Positions 12,371-21,871 are shown, numbered from the stretch's first letter. The stretch is DNA of 64,000 nucleotides from Pseudomonadota bacterium (GCA_038134595.1 JAYPVM010000001.1:134199-198198); one strand, 5' to 3'. Program-made: numbers and translations. The notes: generated by a model from the letters alone, not told the origin.

Positions 12371-13438
12371 TTAGTTTCCTCCATTCTCAAGTAAAATCTG
12401 AGCTAGGCGATCAAGCTCTTCTTCAGAGAAGAAGTGAAGCTCGATTTGTCCACCTTTTCGTTTCTTATGCACGGTGACTTTTGTTCCAAGGGCGTTTCTC
12501 AATCGCTCTTCTAGATCTGGATATTGAGAGGTCGAGCCTGTTTGTTTGCCTCCCCCAGTTGATCGCTTCGTTTTTGTTTCTAATACAACTTCCCTTGATA
12601 CTATTGCTTCGATAGCTCGTACGGTTAGGTTTTCAGCGATTATCTTGTTTGCGAGCCCAATTTGAGCACTCGGTTCCTTGACGGTTAATATTGCTTTTGC
12701 ATGGCCAGTAGAGATCTTTCCTTCTTTTAGAAGGGTTTGAACCACAGTTGGTAAGCGCAACAAGCGGGTAAAGTTCGATACTGTTGCACGGTCCTTTCCT
12801 ACCCTTTCGGCTACTTCCTGTGTTGTTAGTGAAAACTGATCCATTAAGCGCTGGTAGCCCGCGGCCTCTTCTATCGGGTTAAGTTGTTGTCGTTGAATGT
12901 TTTCGACCATCGCAATTTCAAAGGCTTCCTGTTCGGAGATGTCTCGAATTAAGACAGGAACCTCTTGTAGTCCCGCCCTCGTTGCGGCACGAAAGCGGCG
13001 CTCGCCAGCAATGATTTCATAGTTTCCTCCGCGGGAGCGAACGATAATGGGTTGAATTACACCGAGTGCTTTTATCGAGTCGGAAAGTTCTGATATTTCC
13101 CCTTCTGAAAATTCTTGCCGTGGTTGCTCGGGATTCGTTTTAATTTGTGAGATCGGCAAAAATGTTGGAGAGGATGTTTTTTTGTCTGGTTGAGCACTAA
13201 CTGGTTTTGGTGAAGTTTCTACTGATGCGTTTGTGTAATCGGGAGTTTTCGAAGTAGTAAGGATAGAATCGAGATTGGAAGCAGCTTCGGGGTTGACCAC
13301 GGTCTTTACAGCGGTTGTTGCTGCAGTTGCAGTCGGTGTTGGAATCGGAGTAGATGAAACCAGAGCGCTTAGTCCCCTACCAAGAGCCATTCGTGAGTGC
13401 TTCTTTTTTGATGTTTGGTTTTCAGGTTCTTGTGTCAT
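12371..13438 (-). CDS. parB: Chromosome partitioning CTPase ParB
   Basis: ALGRGLSAL ParA-binding peptide, NPEQPRQEF, IIAGERRFRA, ENIQRQQLNPIEEA and HTH. Confidence 0.97.
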   Translation of the reverse strand: MTQEPENQTSKKKHSRMALGRGLSALVSSTPIPTPTATAATTAVKTVVNPEAASNLDSILTTSKTPDYTNASVETSPKPVSAQPDKKTSSPTFLPISQIKTNPEQPRQEFSEGEISELSDSIKALGVIQPIIVRSRGGNYEIIAGERRFRAATRAGLQEVPVLIRDISEQEAFEIAMVENIQRQQLNPIEEAAGYQRLMDQFSLTTQEVAERVGKDRATVSNFTRLLRLPTVVQTLLKEGKISTGHAKAILTVKEPSAQIGLANKIIAENLTVRAIEAIVSREVVLETKTKRSTGGGKQTGSTSQYPDLEERLRNALGTKVTVHKKRKGGQIELHFFSEEELDRLAQILLENGGN

Positions 13439-13476
13439 ACGTAATCTCCGGATGGGCGTTTTATATAAAGTACATT

Positions 13477-14298
13477 TTAAGCTGCGGCTTCGTTAGTGGT
13501 TGTTGGCGGTTCGTTTTGATTTGAATCGTCGTTTAATGCTAGCCGCTCGATGAGTTCAGCGGTTAGAGCCAAGTAGGCCTTCGCACCGGCGCTGTTTGCA
13601 TCGTAGAGAGCGATCGGAAGGCCGTGACTCGGGCATTCTGATAGCCGGATGTTTCGGGGGATTCGAGCTCTAAAGAGCCTATCTTTAAAATGCGCTTCTG
13701 CTTCTTGGTAGACTTGAACTGAGAGGTTTGTTCGAGCGTCGTACATGGTCAGAAAGACTCCAAGCAACGCGAGTTCTGGATTAAACGTTTGTTGTACAAA
13801 GGTTATTGTTTTTAAGAGACCGGAGAGGCCCTCTAATGAATAATACTCGGCTTGTAATGGTACCAAAACCGATTGGGCGCACCCAAGGGCATTGAGGGTG
13901 AGAAGACCGGAGCTTGGAGGGCAGTCGATTATAACCACTTGATATTGCTGGGATATATCCCTGAGCGCGCTCTTTAAGATAAGCTCTCTTCCCGGAGTTT
14001 TGCCGATTTCGAGCTCGAGACTCACCAAGTCGTGTGACCCCGGTATTATAGAGAGATTCTTTATCGCAGTGGAAGAGATGATGGTGTCGAAAGCTATCTT
14101 GCCGAAGAAAGCGTCGTAGAGATCTCCTCCTTCGGATAGCTTAGAAACGCCCAACCCGCTTGTTGCACTTGCCTGTGGGTCGAAGTCGAGGAGGAGGACT
14201 TTAAATCCTAATAGGGCAAGTTGTGCAGAGAGGCTTACAGCGCTGGTTGTCTTTCCTACTCCGCCTTTTTGATTTGCGATAGCTATAATGTGGGACAT
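13477..14298 (-). CDS. parA: Chromosome partitioning ATPase ParA/Soj (start reassigned to ATG 14298)
   Basis: MSHIIAIANQKGGVGKTT, DFDPQASAT, IIDCPPS, PLQAEYYSLEGL, IPRNIRLSECPSHG. Confidence 0.97.
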   Translation of the reverse strand: MSHIIAIANQKGGVGKTTSAVSLSAQLALLGFKVLLLDFDPQASATSGLGVSKLSEGGDLYDAFFGKIAFDTIISSTAIKNLSIIPGSHDLVSLELEIGKTPGRELILKSALRDISQQYQVVIIDCPPSSGLLTLNALGCAQSVLVPLQAEYYSLEGLSGLLKTITFVQQTFNPELALLGVFLTMYDARTNLSVQVYQEAEAHFKDRLFRARIPRNIRLSECPSHGLPIALYDANSAGAKAYLALTAELIERLALNDDSNQNEPPTTTNEAAA

Positions 14299-14375
14299 GG
14301 CACGTAATTTTAATACTTTTGAAGTTGTACAGGTAACACGAAGGAGCGCGAGAAACAATAAAAAAGAAGGACTAG

Positions 14376-15610
14376 TGTTCCACGTGGAACTTTAATTGGG
14401 CATATTGACCGATAAGGTTGTGATAAGCGCCGTGTTCCACGTGGAACACGACCAATAAAGCTAGTTAGAGGCGTATCTAGAGCGACGTGTGTTAAGGGTT
14501 GGGTTGATGTTCCACGTGGAACGTTTTCTAGACAATGTTGGATAGTGGAAGGCGTTAATCAAGATGATCGCCATTGCTCTGTTCTTGGCTTTTTGAAACC
14601 CCTATTTCCATTTTAAGGTCAGCGGCGTTTGAGAAAGACTCTCTACGGCTTAGGTTCCACGTGGAACATTTAGTTCTTTTAGGTGTGTTGGGCGATGTTG
14701 TCTTGGAGCAGTTGGCTGTGTTCCACGTGGAACAATCATAGGTGGTTTAAAGCTTTTTTTATAGCGCCGAGCTACTTTTGTCACTGGCATTTGGACTTCA
14801 AATTGCCATCATGCATTGCCTGGGAGAGTGTTCCACGTGGAACATGGACTCCACCCAGAGTGTTAACTTATCACGACTTAGAACTCTTCGGTCGATTGTT
14901 GCGTTATTTGATTGCATAACAGTGCTTATGGATGTTCCATATGGAACTTTAAATCGCCTTAAGGGATGGAACATTGTCGAACCGAGGACGTTAGATAGTA
15001 CTGTCTATGGAGAGATGCGCCCACTAGGTATTGTTTCCTTAGAGGTGTGCTAACGCCATTGCCGATCTAGAGCATGTTCCACGTGGAAGATTGCGGTAGT
15101 TCTGGTGCGCCAGGGCTTGCACGGTGGCTTGCTAGTGATTTTGTAAGATGAATGTTCCACGTGGAACACTGAGACTCTATGCGTGTGCCTAGATTTGGGT
15201 TTTCCGGGGCGGAGGCGGGCTTTTGCTGCTTACAAGGTCTTTTTTTGTTCCTTATAAGGCTGTTAGAGCATTATGCCGGTTTTTAGTTTTGTAAGGTGAG
15301 CAAGGTTTGCCTGAGATGCTGTATTAAGTAGGGAATATGTATTTACTACGCTAAGGGAAGGGAGACGCCCGCCTGTTCCACGTGGAACATTGAGTTCTAC
15401 GAACTTTTCTTGTTGAAGTCACAACTTTGTGTTCCACGTGGAACAGATAAAACGTTACCGCGAGAAGATAACGCCTTGGTTACCGGAGGCAGATCGGCGG
15501 AGCCAAAAAGTCGATGTAGGGTAACCGCATTATTAGTTCCAACCGGCGTATCCCGCCGACCATGCGCGACGCCTATGGGCATAAAGCCTCTAAATGTTCC
15601 ACGTGGAACA
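14376..15610. repeat. parS: parS cluster: 12 copies of the palindrome TGTTCCACGTGGAACA
   Basis: Perfect copies start at 14433, 14719, 14829, 15153, 15374, 15430 and 15595. One-mismatch copies start at 14376, 14508, 14653 and 15075. A variant TGTTCCATATGGAACT starts at 14933. Matches the universal parS consensus and sits directly upstream of parA. Confidence 0.96.
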
Positions 15611-15694
15611 GGCAGCTATTACTTGCTAATTAAGGTCATCCTGCCGATAGAAAACTTCTTCTTTTGGTGCATAAAAGCGCACTATCAATGGCCC

Positions 15695-16879
15695 TTAGTC
15701 TGACGATAGCCTTGTTTTTATCGCGGCTAAGCTATCGCAAATACTCGCTATTTCCGAATCGGCGTGGTCCAGCGCGGGGTGTATTCTAACGACGGATCCA
15801 GTGCGAAGCATTGTCTTTGCGGGGGTAAGTTCTACGAGGATTTTTCGTTGTAGTAGGGCCTCTTTTAGCCTTTCTCCCTGCTCTAAGGAGTCTTGCCATA
15901 GTGCTATGGTCGGTGTGTCAGCATCGCTTACCACAGCCCATCCCTGTTGTTGTATCTCTGATCGGATATGTAGCGCTCTACTTTTAAGAAGCTGCCTTCT
16001 GCTGACCGCCATTTCCACTACATCGATAGCCGCTCGAAATCCGGCTATCTCTGCCGGCGGAGGCGGAGGGTCTACCTGGAGATAGCGTGATCGAGTCAGC
16101 AGTAGTTCTCTTAGTTGCTTAGAACAGCTTAATCCTGCTAGGCCGGTTCCTAAAAAGGACCTTGCACTGGTAAGCCTTGCTAAGAGGTTAGGGTGTGTAG
16201 GAATGGCTTCAGCGCTACCTGCGCCTCTCAGTCCGGTATGAACAACGGCCGCTGTCTCATCGAGCACGCCCCAGCAGTCGTTAGCTTCAAGTATCGAAAA
16301 AAGGCTTGTAATATCGGTCGTGGCGCCAGTGACTAATCCGACGGGCTCCGCAAAAACAAGCTTTCTAGTGTGGTTTTTTGAGCGAGCAAGTATATCTCTT
16401 AGTTCATCTAGTGACGAATATTCTTCGTAGGGAGCTTCTATTAATGCACATCCATCGGCGAGTGGTAATTGAGTGAGTGTGTGACCGATAACAACTAAGT
16501 TTTGGGTGGCAAGTGCAGTAATAAGCGTAAGTATCGCTTGATTTTTGCTGTTAAAGAGAAGCCCCGATTCGTCTCCAAAGAATGAAGCTATTCTGTCTTC
16601 ACAGCTATCTCGGAGAATTGAGTTAGCGCCATCTGTTCTACCTACGCCAAGCTCACCTTGATTGTTTCTAAGTGAGCGAATTATCGCCTGAAGTATGCTT
16701 TTGTGCTCAAATATCCCTAAGACATTTGGCGAAGCAAAGCTTGTGATGGCTTTAGAGCGGTGCAGAGGATGCAGTGAGTCGAGGCCAGCACGAACCCCTC
16801 TATCTCTCCACGGAGAGCTAATCTCGCGTTTGAGTTCGGCCGATAATGTTGCTTGTATCGTGCTAACGGATGTTTTCAT
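15695..16879 (-). CDS. BioF/KBL-like alpha-oxoamine synthase fold protein, apparently catalytically degenerate
   Basis: Collinear with class II aminotransferase motifs (SFASPNVLGI, EDRIASFFGDESGLLF, VLDE, TGLRGAG), but the NH, DEAH and PLP-Lys positions are altered. Confidence 0.75.
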   Translation of the reverse strand: MKTSVSTIQATLSAELKREISSPWRDRGVRAGLDSLHPLHRSKAITSFASPNVLGIFEHKSILQAIIRSLRNNQGELGVGRTDGANSILRDSCEDRIASFFGDESGLLFNSKNQAILTLITALATQNLVVIGHTLTQLPLADGCALIEAPYEEYSSLDELRDILARSKNHTRKLVFAEPVGLVTGATTDITSLFSILEANDCWGVLDETAAVVHTGLRGAGSAEAIPTHPNLLARLTSARSFLGTGLAGLSCSKQLRELLLTRSRYLQVDPPPPPAEIAGFRAAIDVVEMAVSRRQLLKSRALHIRSEIQQQGWAVVSDADTPTIALWQDSLEQGERLKEALLQRKILVELTPAKTMLRTGSVVRIHPALDHADSEIASICDSLAAIKTRLSSD

Positions 16880-16983
16880 CGAACTGCGTTCCGATTCGCT
16901 TGTTTTAACAACGCTACCTTTATAAACATCTGGCTCGTTGGTTTATCAATGCAAAGGCTGTCAGCCTTTTGAACGATAGCGAC

Positions 16984-18091
16984 TTACTCGCTCTGAAGTA
17001 AGCACGACTCTATGATCGCATCGATATCGCCATCTAAAACCCCGTGTACATCGGATGTTTCATAGTCGCTACGCAGATCCTTAACGAGCTGATAAGGTTG
17101 CATGACGTAATTTCGCACCTGACTACCGAAGTCTATCTTCTTTCGCTGTCCCTTTAGTTGATCCATTCTATCTCGCTGCTGCTCTTGTTCTTGTTCGTAC
17201 AGCTTTGATTTAAGGATCTTCATCGCACGAGCCTTGTTCTTATGTTGAGATCTTTCGCTTTGACATGCAACGATAATTCCAGATGGAATGTGAGTAATTC
17301 GTACGGCAGAGTCAGTTTTGTTAACGTGCTGTCCTCCGGCGCCGCTTGAGCGGTATGTGTCGATTCGTAGATCTGAATCGTCGATAGCGACTTCGATATC
17401 TTCCTCGATGTCAGGAATAGCACTGACTGAAGCAAATGAAGTATGGCGCCTTGCATTTGAATCAAAAGGGGAGATCCTTACAAGCCTATGGACGCCTGAC
17501 TCATTTCGCAGGTATCCGAAAGCATAATCGCCCTCAACGAGGATAGTCGCGTTCTTAATACCAGCCTCTTCGCCTGCTTGATAGTCTAGTACTTCAGTCT
17601 TTAAGCCCTTTCGCTCGCACCACCGTAGGTACATCCGAAGGAGCATCTCACCCCAGTCTTGCGCCTCGGTGCCGCCTGATCCTGCGTTTATCTCTACGAT
17701 GGCATTCTGGGTGTCGAACTCTCCGTTCATCTTGCATTGAAACTCAAGTTGCGAGAGTGCAAGCCTTAGCTCCTCCATGAGTTTTTTGGCCTCGTCTACA
17801 AGCTCTTCATCGCCCGCATCTCTACCGAGCTCAAAGGCGGCCTCGGTATCGGCGTGCAGTGTCTCAACGGTAGTAAACGCCGTAAGCCTATCAACGCACT
17901 GAGCACGCTCGCGCATTACCACCCGCGCTTTTTGTGCGTCGTTCCAGATCTCATTTGATTGAGATTGCCGTTCTAGTTCATCGACTTTGGTTTTTAGTGT
18001 TGGGATGTCAAAGAAACCCCCTCAAGACCTCGACGCGCTCGCCAAGCTCTTGGAGTGTGTATTTAAATTCTGAAGGATCAAATAAAGACAT
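16984..18091 (-). CDS. prfB: Peptide chain release factor 2 with programmed +1 frameshift
   Basis: ORF1 18091-18008 (MSLFDP...LRGFL) joins a +1 frame (DIPTLK...IWNDAQKAR) that carries the SPF and GGQ motifs. Confidence 0.97.
18007..18022 (-). promoter_or_regulatory. RF2 autoregulatory frameshift site
   Basis: Minus strand reads AGGGGG TTT CTT TGA C: an internal SD plus the CUU-UGA-C slippery stop. Confidence 0.95.
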
Positions 18092-18373
18092 ATTTAGATG
18101 GTATACGTTTGTGGAGGGGGAGATGTCAATTGCTCTTAGATTCCAACGAACACGGCTCCTGCCACCAAAGCCTACGGCCTTATCAACTGTGCAGGTAGTA
18201 GCTGTAGAGAAACTTTTGTGACCAGATGCTCGATATACCCTCTTACAACCGACATACCGAGGGCGCATGGGACGATACTTCCCGCCCGATTAAACTGCCC
18301 AGTACGACTCTTGTAGCTCCTCATTTGGCCGGCGCTAAAAGGTAGTACGTTTTTAAGGAGGGAAAGAAAGCTG

Positions 18374-18919
18374 ATGCATACTATTCAAAACACAACGAAT
18401 ACTCGTTGCCATTCGTTAAATACTACCTCAGATAATACCACAACAAACCATACGCCAGACTCAAGACCAGTTGGAACTTTGGCTGGCTTAGTGGCTGGGG
18501 GCTGCATTAGACCAGAATGGAAAATCCCTCCGAATGTAATTTGGAAGCCAAGCCCCAAGATTCCAAATGGAGGGTGTTTCCCACCGCCATGCCACCTGCC
18601 AAAGCCTCCAACGTGTCGACCTAAGCTCACTCTGGTAGATTTACTACGTGAGCAAGGTGGTTGTTTTCCAAAACCCGTTGATATAAGACCGATGCCGAAG
18701 TGGTTTAAGAGAATTCCCGAGCTCTCCGATTTCCCGAGATTAATGCCGAGATTTCGAATACCTCGCTTGCGAATTGGGCGGTTACGCACCTATCTACCAA
18801 GGAGACCGAGATTGCTTCATAGAACTCCCGGCTCTTGGTTCCGCCCCCAGTTTGCCCGCTTAGCTCCCTTGGATGGCAGCAGAGAAGCAGGTTCAAAACG
18901 CCCTACGAGTATGAGCTAA
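18374..18919 (+). CDS. Hypothetical Pro/Arg-rich protein with three GGC[IF]xP-like motifs (181 aa)
   Basis: Strong SD AAGGAGG upstream and a hairpin downstream. The repeated protein motif uses different codons in each copy. Confidence 0.7.
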   Translation: MHTIQNTTNTRCHSLNTTSDNTTTNHTPDSRPVGTLAGLVAGGCIRPEWKIPPNVIWKPSPKIPNGGCFPPPCHLPKPPTCRPKLTLVDLLREQGGCFPKPVDIRPMPKWFKRIPELSDFPRLMPRFRIPRLRIGRLRTYLPRRPRLLHRTPGSWFRPQFARLAPLDGSREAGSKRPTSMS

Positions 18920-18956
18920 CGTTAACTCTACTTACGACGTGTCGACTCGTTTTTTA

Positions 18957-18982
18957 AGCGCTGGGCTTTAATGCCCAGCGCT
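18957..18982. terminator. Perfect 10-bp stem hairpin, possible terminator
   Basis: AGCGCTGGGC-tttaat-GCCCAGCGCT; no clear U-tract. Confidence 0.45.
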
Positions 18983-19014
18983 CTATTGGGGCTTAAACTG
19001 ATAGCTTTGCGGTA

Positions 19015-21174
19015 GTGGAGGTGCTAGGCTTTTTTCTTGTCTCATGTGATCGGCGCGCTCTAGACGCGCCACCGAGAAGAAGGGCGAGTGAAATGTTTTT
19101 TATTAAGGGACTAGAGCAGGCTTTTTACGCAGCTAGCACGTGTGTTCATCGATTCCGACAGATAGACTGGTTGCTTTTGTTTGCAGTTGGTGCGGGTCTT
19201 ATAGCGAGCGACAATCTATCTCCATTGGATGGCCGCTATGCGGACCTTGGGGTGGTTTTGCTCATTGTAATCTTTCTTCAGATTCTTACCTTTCGGTGGC
19301 TTGAGAACCGCGTTTGGCGCATTGCGGCGGATTTGTCTAAATTCAAGTCTTACGGAGGACAGAAAGTATCTGCGACACCTCCCTCATATTCAGACCTCGT
19401 CCCAAGTAGTAGCAATGAAATAGGAAGAGAGCCCCCGCCATCTATCTCGGAAGATATGGAGGGGGGAATTACGGTTGTCGTTGGAATTAGAGATAGGGAG
19501 AGTGCTCGCCTTCGGAATCTTTTAAGGAGCATTCGAGCGCAGACGTATTCGCGAGAAAAAATTCGAATTCATGTGGTTGACTACGATAGCGCCCCTACCT
19601 TTAGAGAGCAGTATCGATATCTATGCGAGGAGTTTGATGCCGTCTTGTTTACAATTGGCTACCGACCGCTCTGGTCTCGTTCCGAGGCTCTCAATATAGG
19701 CATTCGACATGCAAGTACTCGGTTTGTGATGCTGACTGACGCCGATATTATCTATGCGCCCAACTATATAGACAATGCAATTGAGGCACTCGAAGAGGAC
19801 GAGCGACGAATAATCCACTCGACGTTTTATGAGACTGGAGAGGAGGTAATCGATGAGCAAACTGATGTAGTTTCTGACTTTGATAGGCTGAGAGTTGTCG
19901 CGACGCCGCGTGTAGCGGACGATCCAAAGTCAACGTATCTCTTTGGTCAGAGCATTATCTGCGCCTCTACAGAAGGTATTCACAGGATTCGCGGCTTTGA
20001 TGAGTTTTATTGTGGCTGGGGCTCAGAGGATGATGATCTGATGAGGCGGATGGAATCTTTGGGTATGTATCTCTATTCAATCGCAGGCAAGACCGAGTAC
20101 TTGCATCATTCGCATCCAGAGAAAGCAAATTTGTCTGATGTTGAGAAGGCGCAGATAGAGATAAATCGCCAATACAGATGGAGAAACAAGACTATTCTGC
20201 GGAATCCCTTGGGGTGGGGCGGTTCGTTAGATGCTAGTGTCGATCTAATCTCTAACAATGAAATTGCATTACAACAGCGCGCAAAGAAGATCTCAGTTGT
20301 GCTTCCTGTATACAATCAAGGTGCTGAATTAAGGGAGTGTTTGCGGGGCTTGACAGCTCAAACGCTTCCCTCTGAGCAGTATGAGATACTAGTCGTTGAC
20401 AATGGGTCAACTGAACCGATTGAGGGTATAGTGCGGGAGTTTCCAGGGTGCCTGTATATCTGCGAGCGAGAAGTCGGTTCGTATGCGGCTCGAAATGCTG
20501 GTATCGCTCGAGCTAGGGGTGAGATAGTCGCTTTTATAGATGCAGATTGTTTTCCAGAGCCTGACTGGCTTGAGAAGGGCCACCGCTATTTCTTTGGTCC
20601 GCAAGATTTTGCGTACGTTGGTGGGCGTGTCTCAATGGAAAGTAGGCCCGGGCGGCAGCCGAATTTTGTCGAGCAATACGACACATTGTTTTCGCTAAAC
20701 CAAGAGCGCCACATGAGCATAAACGGGTATGCGGTTACAGCGAACCTCTTTGTTCGAAGAGATGTGTTAGAGCGTGCGGGGCGATTTAACTCAGATCTAA
20801 AATCTGGCGGAGATAAGCTTTTAGGGCACCGCATAAAAGCGCTTCGATGCAACACATGTTATGCAGAGGAAGTCGTGGTGAGGCATCCTGCTACTAGTAG
20901 TGTCAGAGTGCTAGTGAGACGGCACGTTCGATATCTTGGCGGAGACCTGGACTTAGCCAAGTTAGAGGGAGGCGCTATGCGGAGTATGGCAGGTTCTCTA
21001 GCGGCAACCGAGCTTCTTGGTGTTTTGAAAGCGGCATCTCTGGTGAGACAAAGAGTGGAGCGTGGAGCAGGGGTGTCTCGCTTCGGAGTTTTTGTGGCGA
21101 TTGTGCTTGTCAGAATCTCAAGAGCCGTTGAAGCGGGTAGAATCGCCCTAGGGGGAGAGTCTAGAAGAACCTAG
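19015..21174 (+). CDS. Glycosyltransferase with two tandem GT2 (GT-A) domains and N-terminal membrane segments (start uncertain; ATG 19093 possible)
   Basis: Domain 1: ITVVVGIRDR, VVDYDS, SRSEALNIG, TDADI, GFDEFYCGWGSEDDD. Domain 2: ISVVLPVYN, VVDNGS, ARNAG, IDADC. Confidence 0.9.
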   Translation: MEVLGFFLVSCDRRALDAPPRRRASEMFFIKGLEQAFYAASTCVHRFRQIDWLLLFAVGAGLIASDNLSPLDGRYADLGVVLLIVIFLQILTFRWLENRVWRIAADLSKFKSYGGQKVSATPPSYSDLVPSSSNEIGREPPPSISEDMEGGITVVVGIRDRESARLRNLLRSIRAQTYSREKIRIHVVDYDSAPTFREQYRYLCEEFDAVLFTIGYRPLWSRSEALNIGIRHASTRFVMLTDADIIYAPNYIDNAIEALEEDERRIIHSTFYETGEEVIDEQTDVVSDFDRLRVVATPRVADDPKSTYLFGQSIICASTEGIHRIRGFDEFYCGWGSEDDDLMRRMESLGMYLYSIAGKTEYLHHSHPEKANLSDVEKAQIEINRQYRWRNKTILRNPLGWGGSLDASVDLISNNEIALQQRAKKISVVLPVYNQGAELRECLRGLTAQTLPSEQYEILVVDNGSTEPIEGIVREFPGCLYICEREVGSYAARNAGIARARGEIVAFIDADCFPEPDWLEKGHRYFFGPQDFAYVGGRVSMESRPGRQPNFVEQYDTLFSLNQERHMSINGYAVTANLFVRRDVLERAGRFNSDLKSGGDKLLGHRIKALRCNTCYAEEVVVRHPATSSVRVLVRRHVRYLGGDLDLAKLEGGAMRSMAGSLAATELLGVLKAASLVRQRVERGAGVSRFGVFVAIVLVRISRAVEAGRIALGGESRRT

Positions 21175-21400
21175 CTTCTTTTTTGACCGTGAAGAAAAAC
21201 AGGGGCTATTACAGCTGGTTATGTATGGGCTGGATGGGGTTTGCTTAAGACGACGTTGTAAGGAGCGCACCCGTTTTACTCGCACAAGACAGGCTCTTAA
21301 AGGAGTTTGGCGATTGACGCAGGTCTGCAAATTAGGTTGCGGGGAAGTTTGCGACCCAAGACTTGAAAAAAATTGAAAAATCGGTGACTCTTTCTCCATT

Positions 21401-21871
21401 ATGGTAGACACAATTGTTTCCTTGTTAAAGATTGTCGATCTTACTCCCGCTGACGGAGTGGCGAGTGTTATTGGCACTGCAGTACTGTTTGTCTTTTATC
21501 AAATCCTCTCGAAGAGGGTATTTCAACCTGTTTTAGCGCATATAGAGAAGCGCGAGGAGCTAACAACTGGATACCTCCGTACGGCTTCCGAGATGAAGCA
21601 AAAAACATCAGCGCTAAGAGAGCAATATGAAGGAGCTCTTTTTGAGGCGCGGGTAGAGGCCCAGAGCGCCCGTTCGCTTGCGGTGGCGGCAGCTAAAGAA
21701 AAGGCGGCCACAATCCTAAGGCTCGCTGAAGAGGAGGCTCAAAAACAGGTGGTGGAGGGCCGAAGTGTTATTCAAGAGCAGATAGCGAAAGCCGAAGCGG
21801 CTAGCGAGGAGGAGGTTACCTCTCTTGCGGACACACTTACTGGGTCTGTTGACGCCAGACTATCCGCGTAA
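21401..21871 (+). CDS. atpF: ATP synthase F0 subunit b'
   Basis: N-terminal TM helix, VFQPVLAHIEKRE and coiled-coil stalk; lies upstream of the atp cluster. Confidence 0.82.
   Translation: MVDTIVSLLKIVDLTPADGVASVIGTAVLFVFYQILSKRVFQPVLAHIEKREELTTGYLRTASEMKQKTSALREQYEGALFEARVEAQSARSLAVAAAKEKAATILRLAEEEAQKQVVEGRSVIQEQIAKAEAASEEEVTSLADTLTGSVDARLSA

Noticed and set aside
14376..15610. CRISPR array interpretation of the palindromic repeats
   Set aside because: The repeat is only 16 bp and equals the parS consensus, spacers vary from 40 to 205 nt, no cas genes are present, and parAB is adjacent.
14683..15703. Short ORFs in the parS region containing VPRGT/CSTWN
   Set aside because: These peptides are translations of the parS palindrome, with no SD or other coding signal.
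18008..18268. 86-aa ORF as an independent gene
   Set aside because: Only its last 27 codons are real; they form the pre-frameshift part of prfB.
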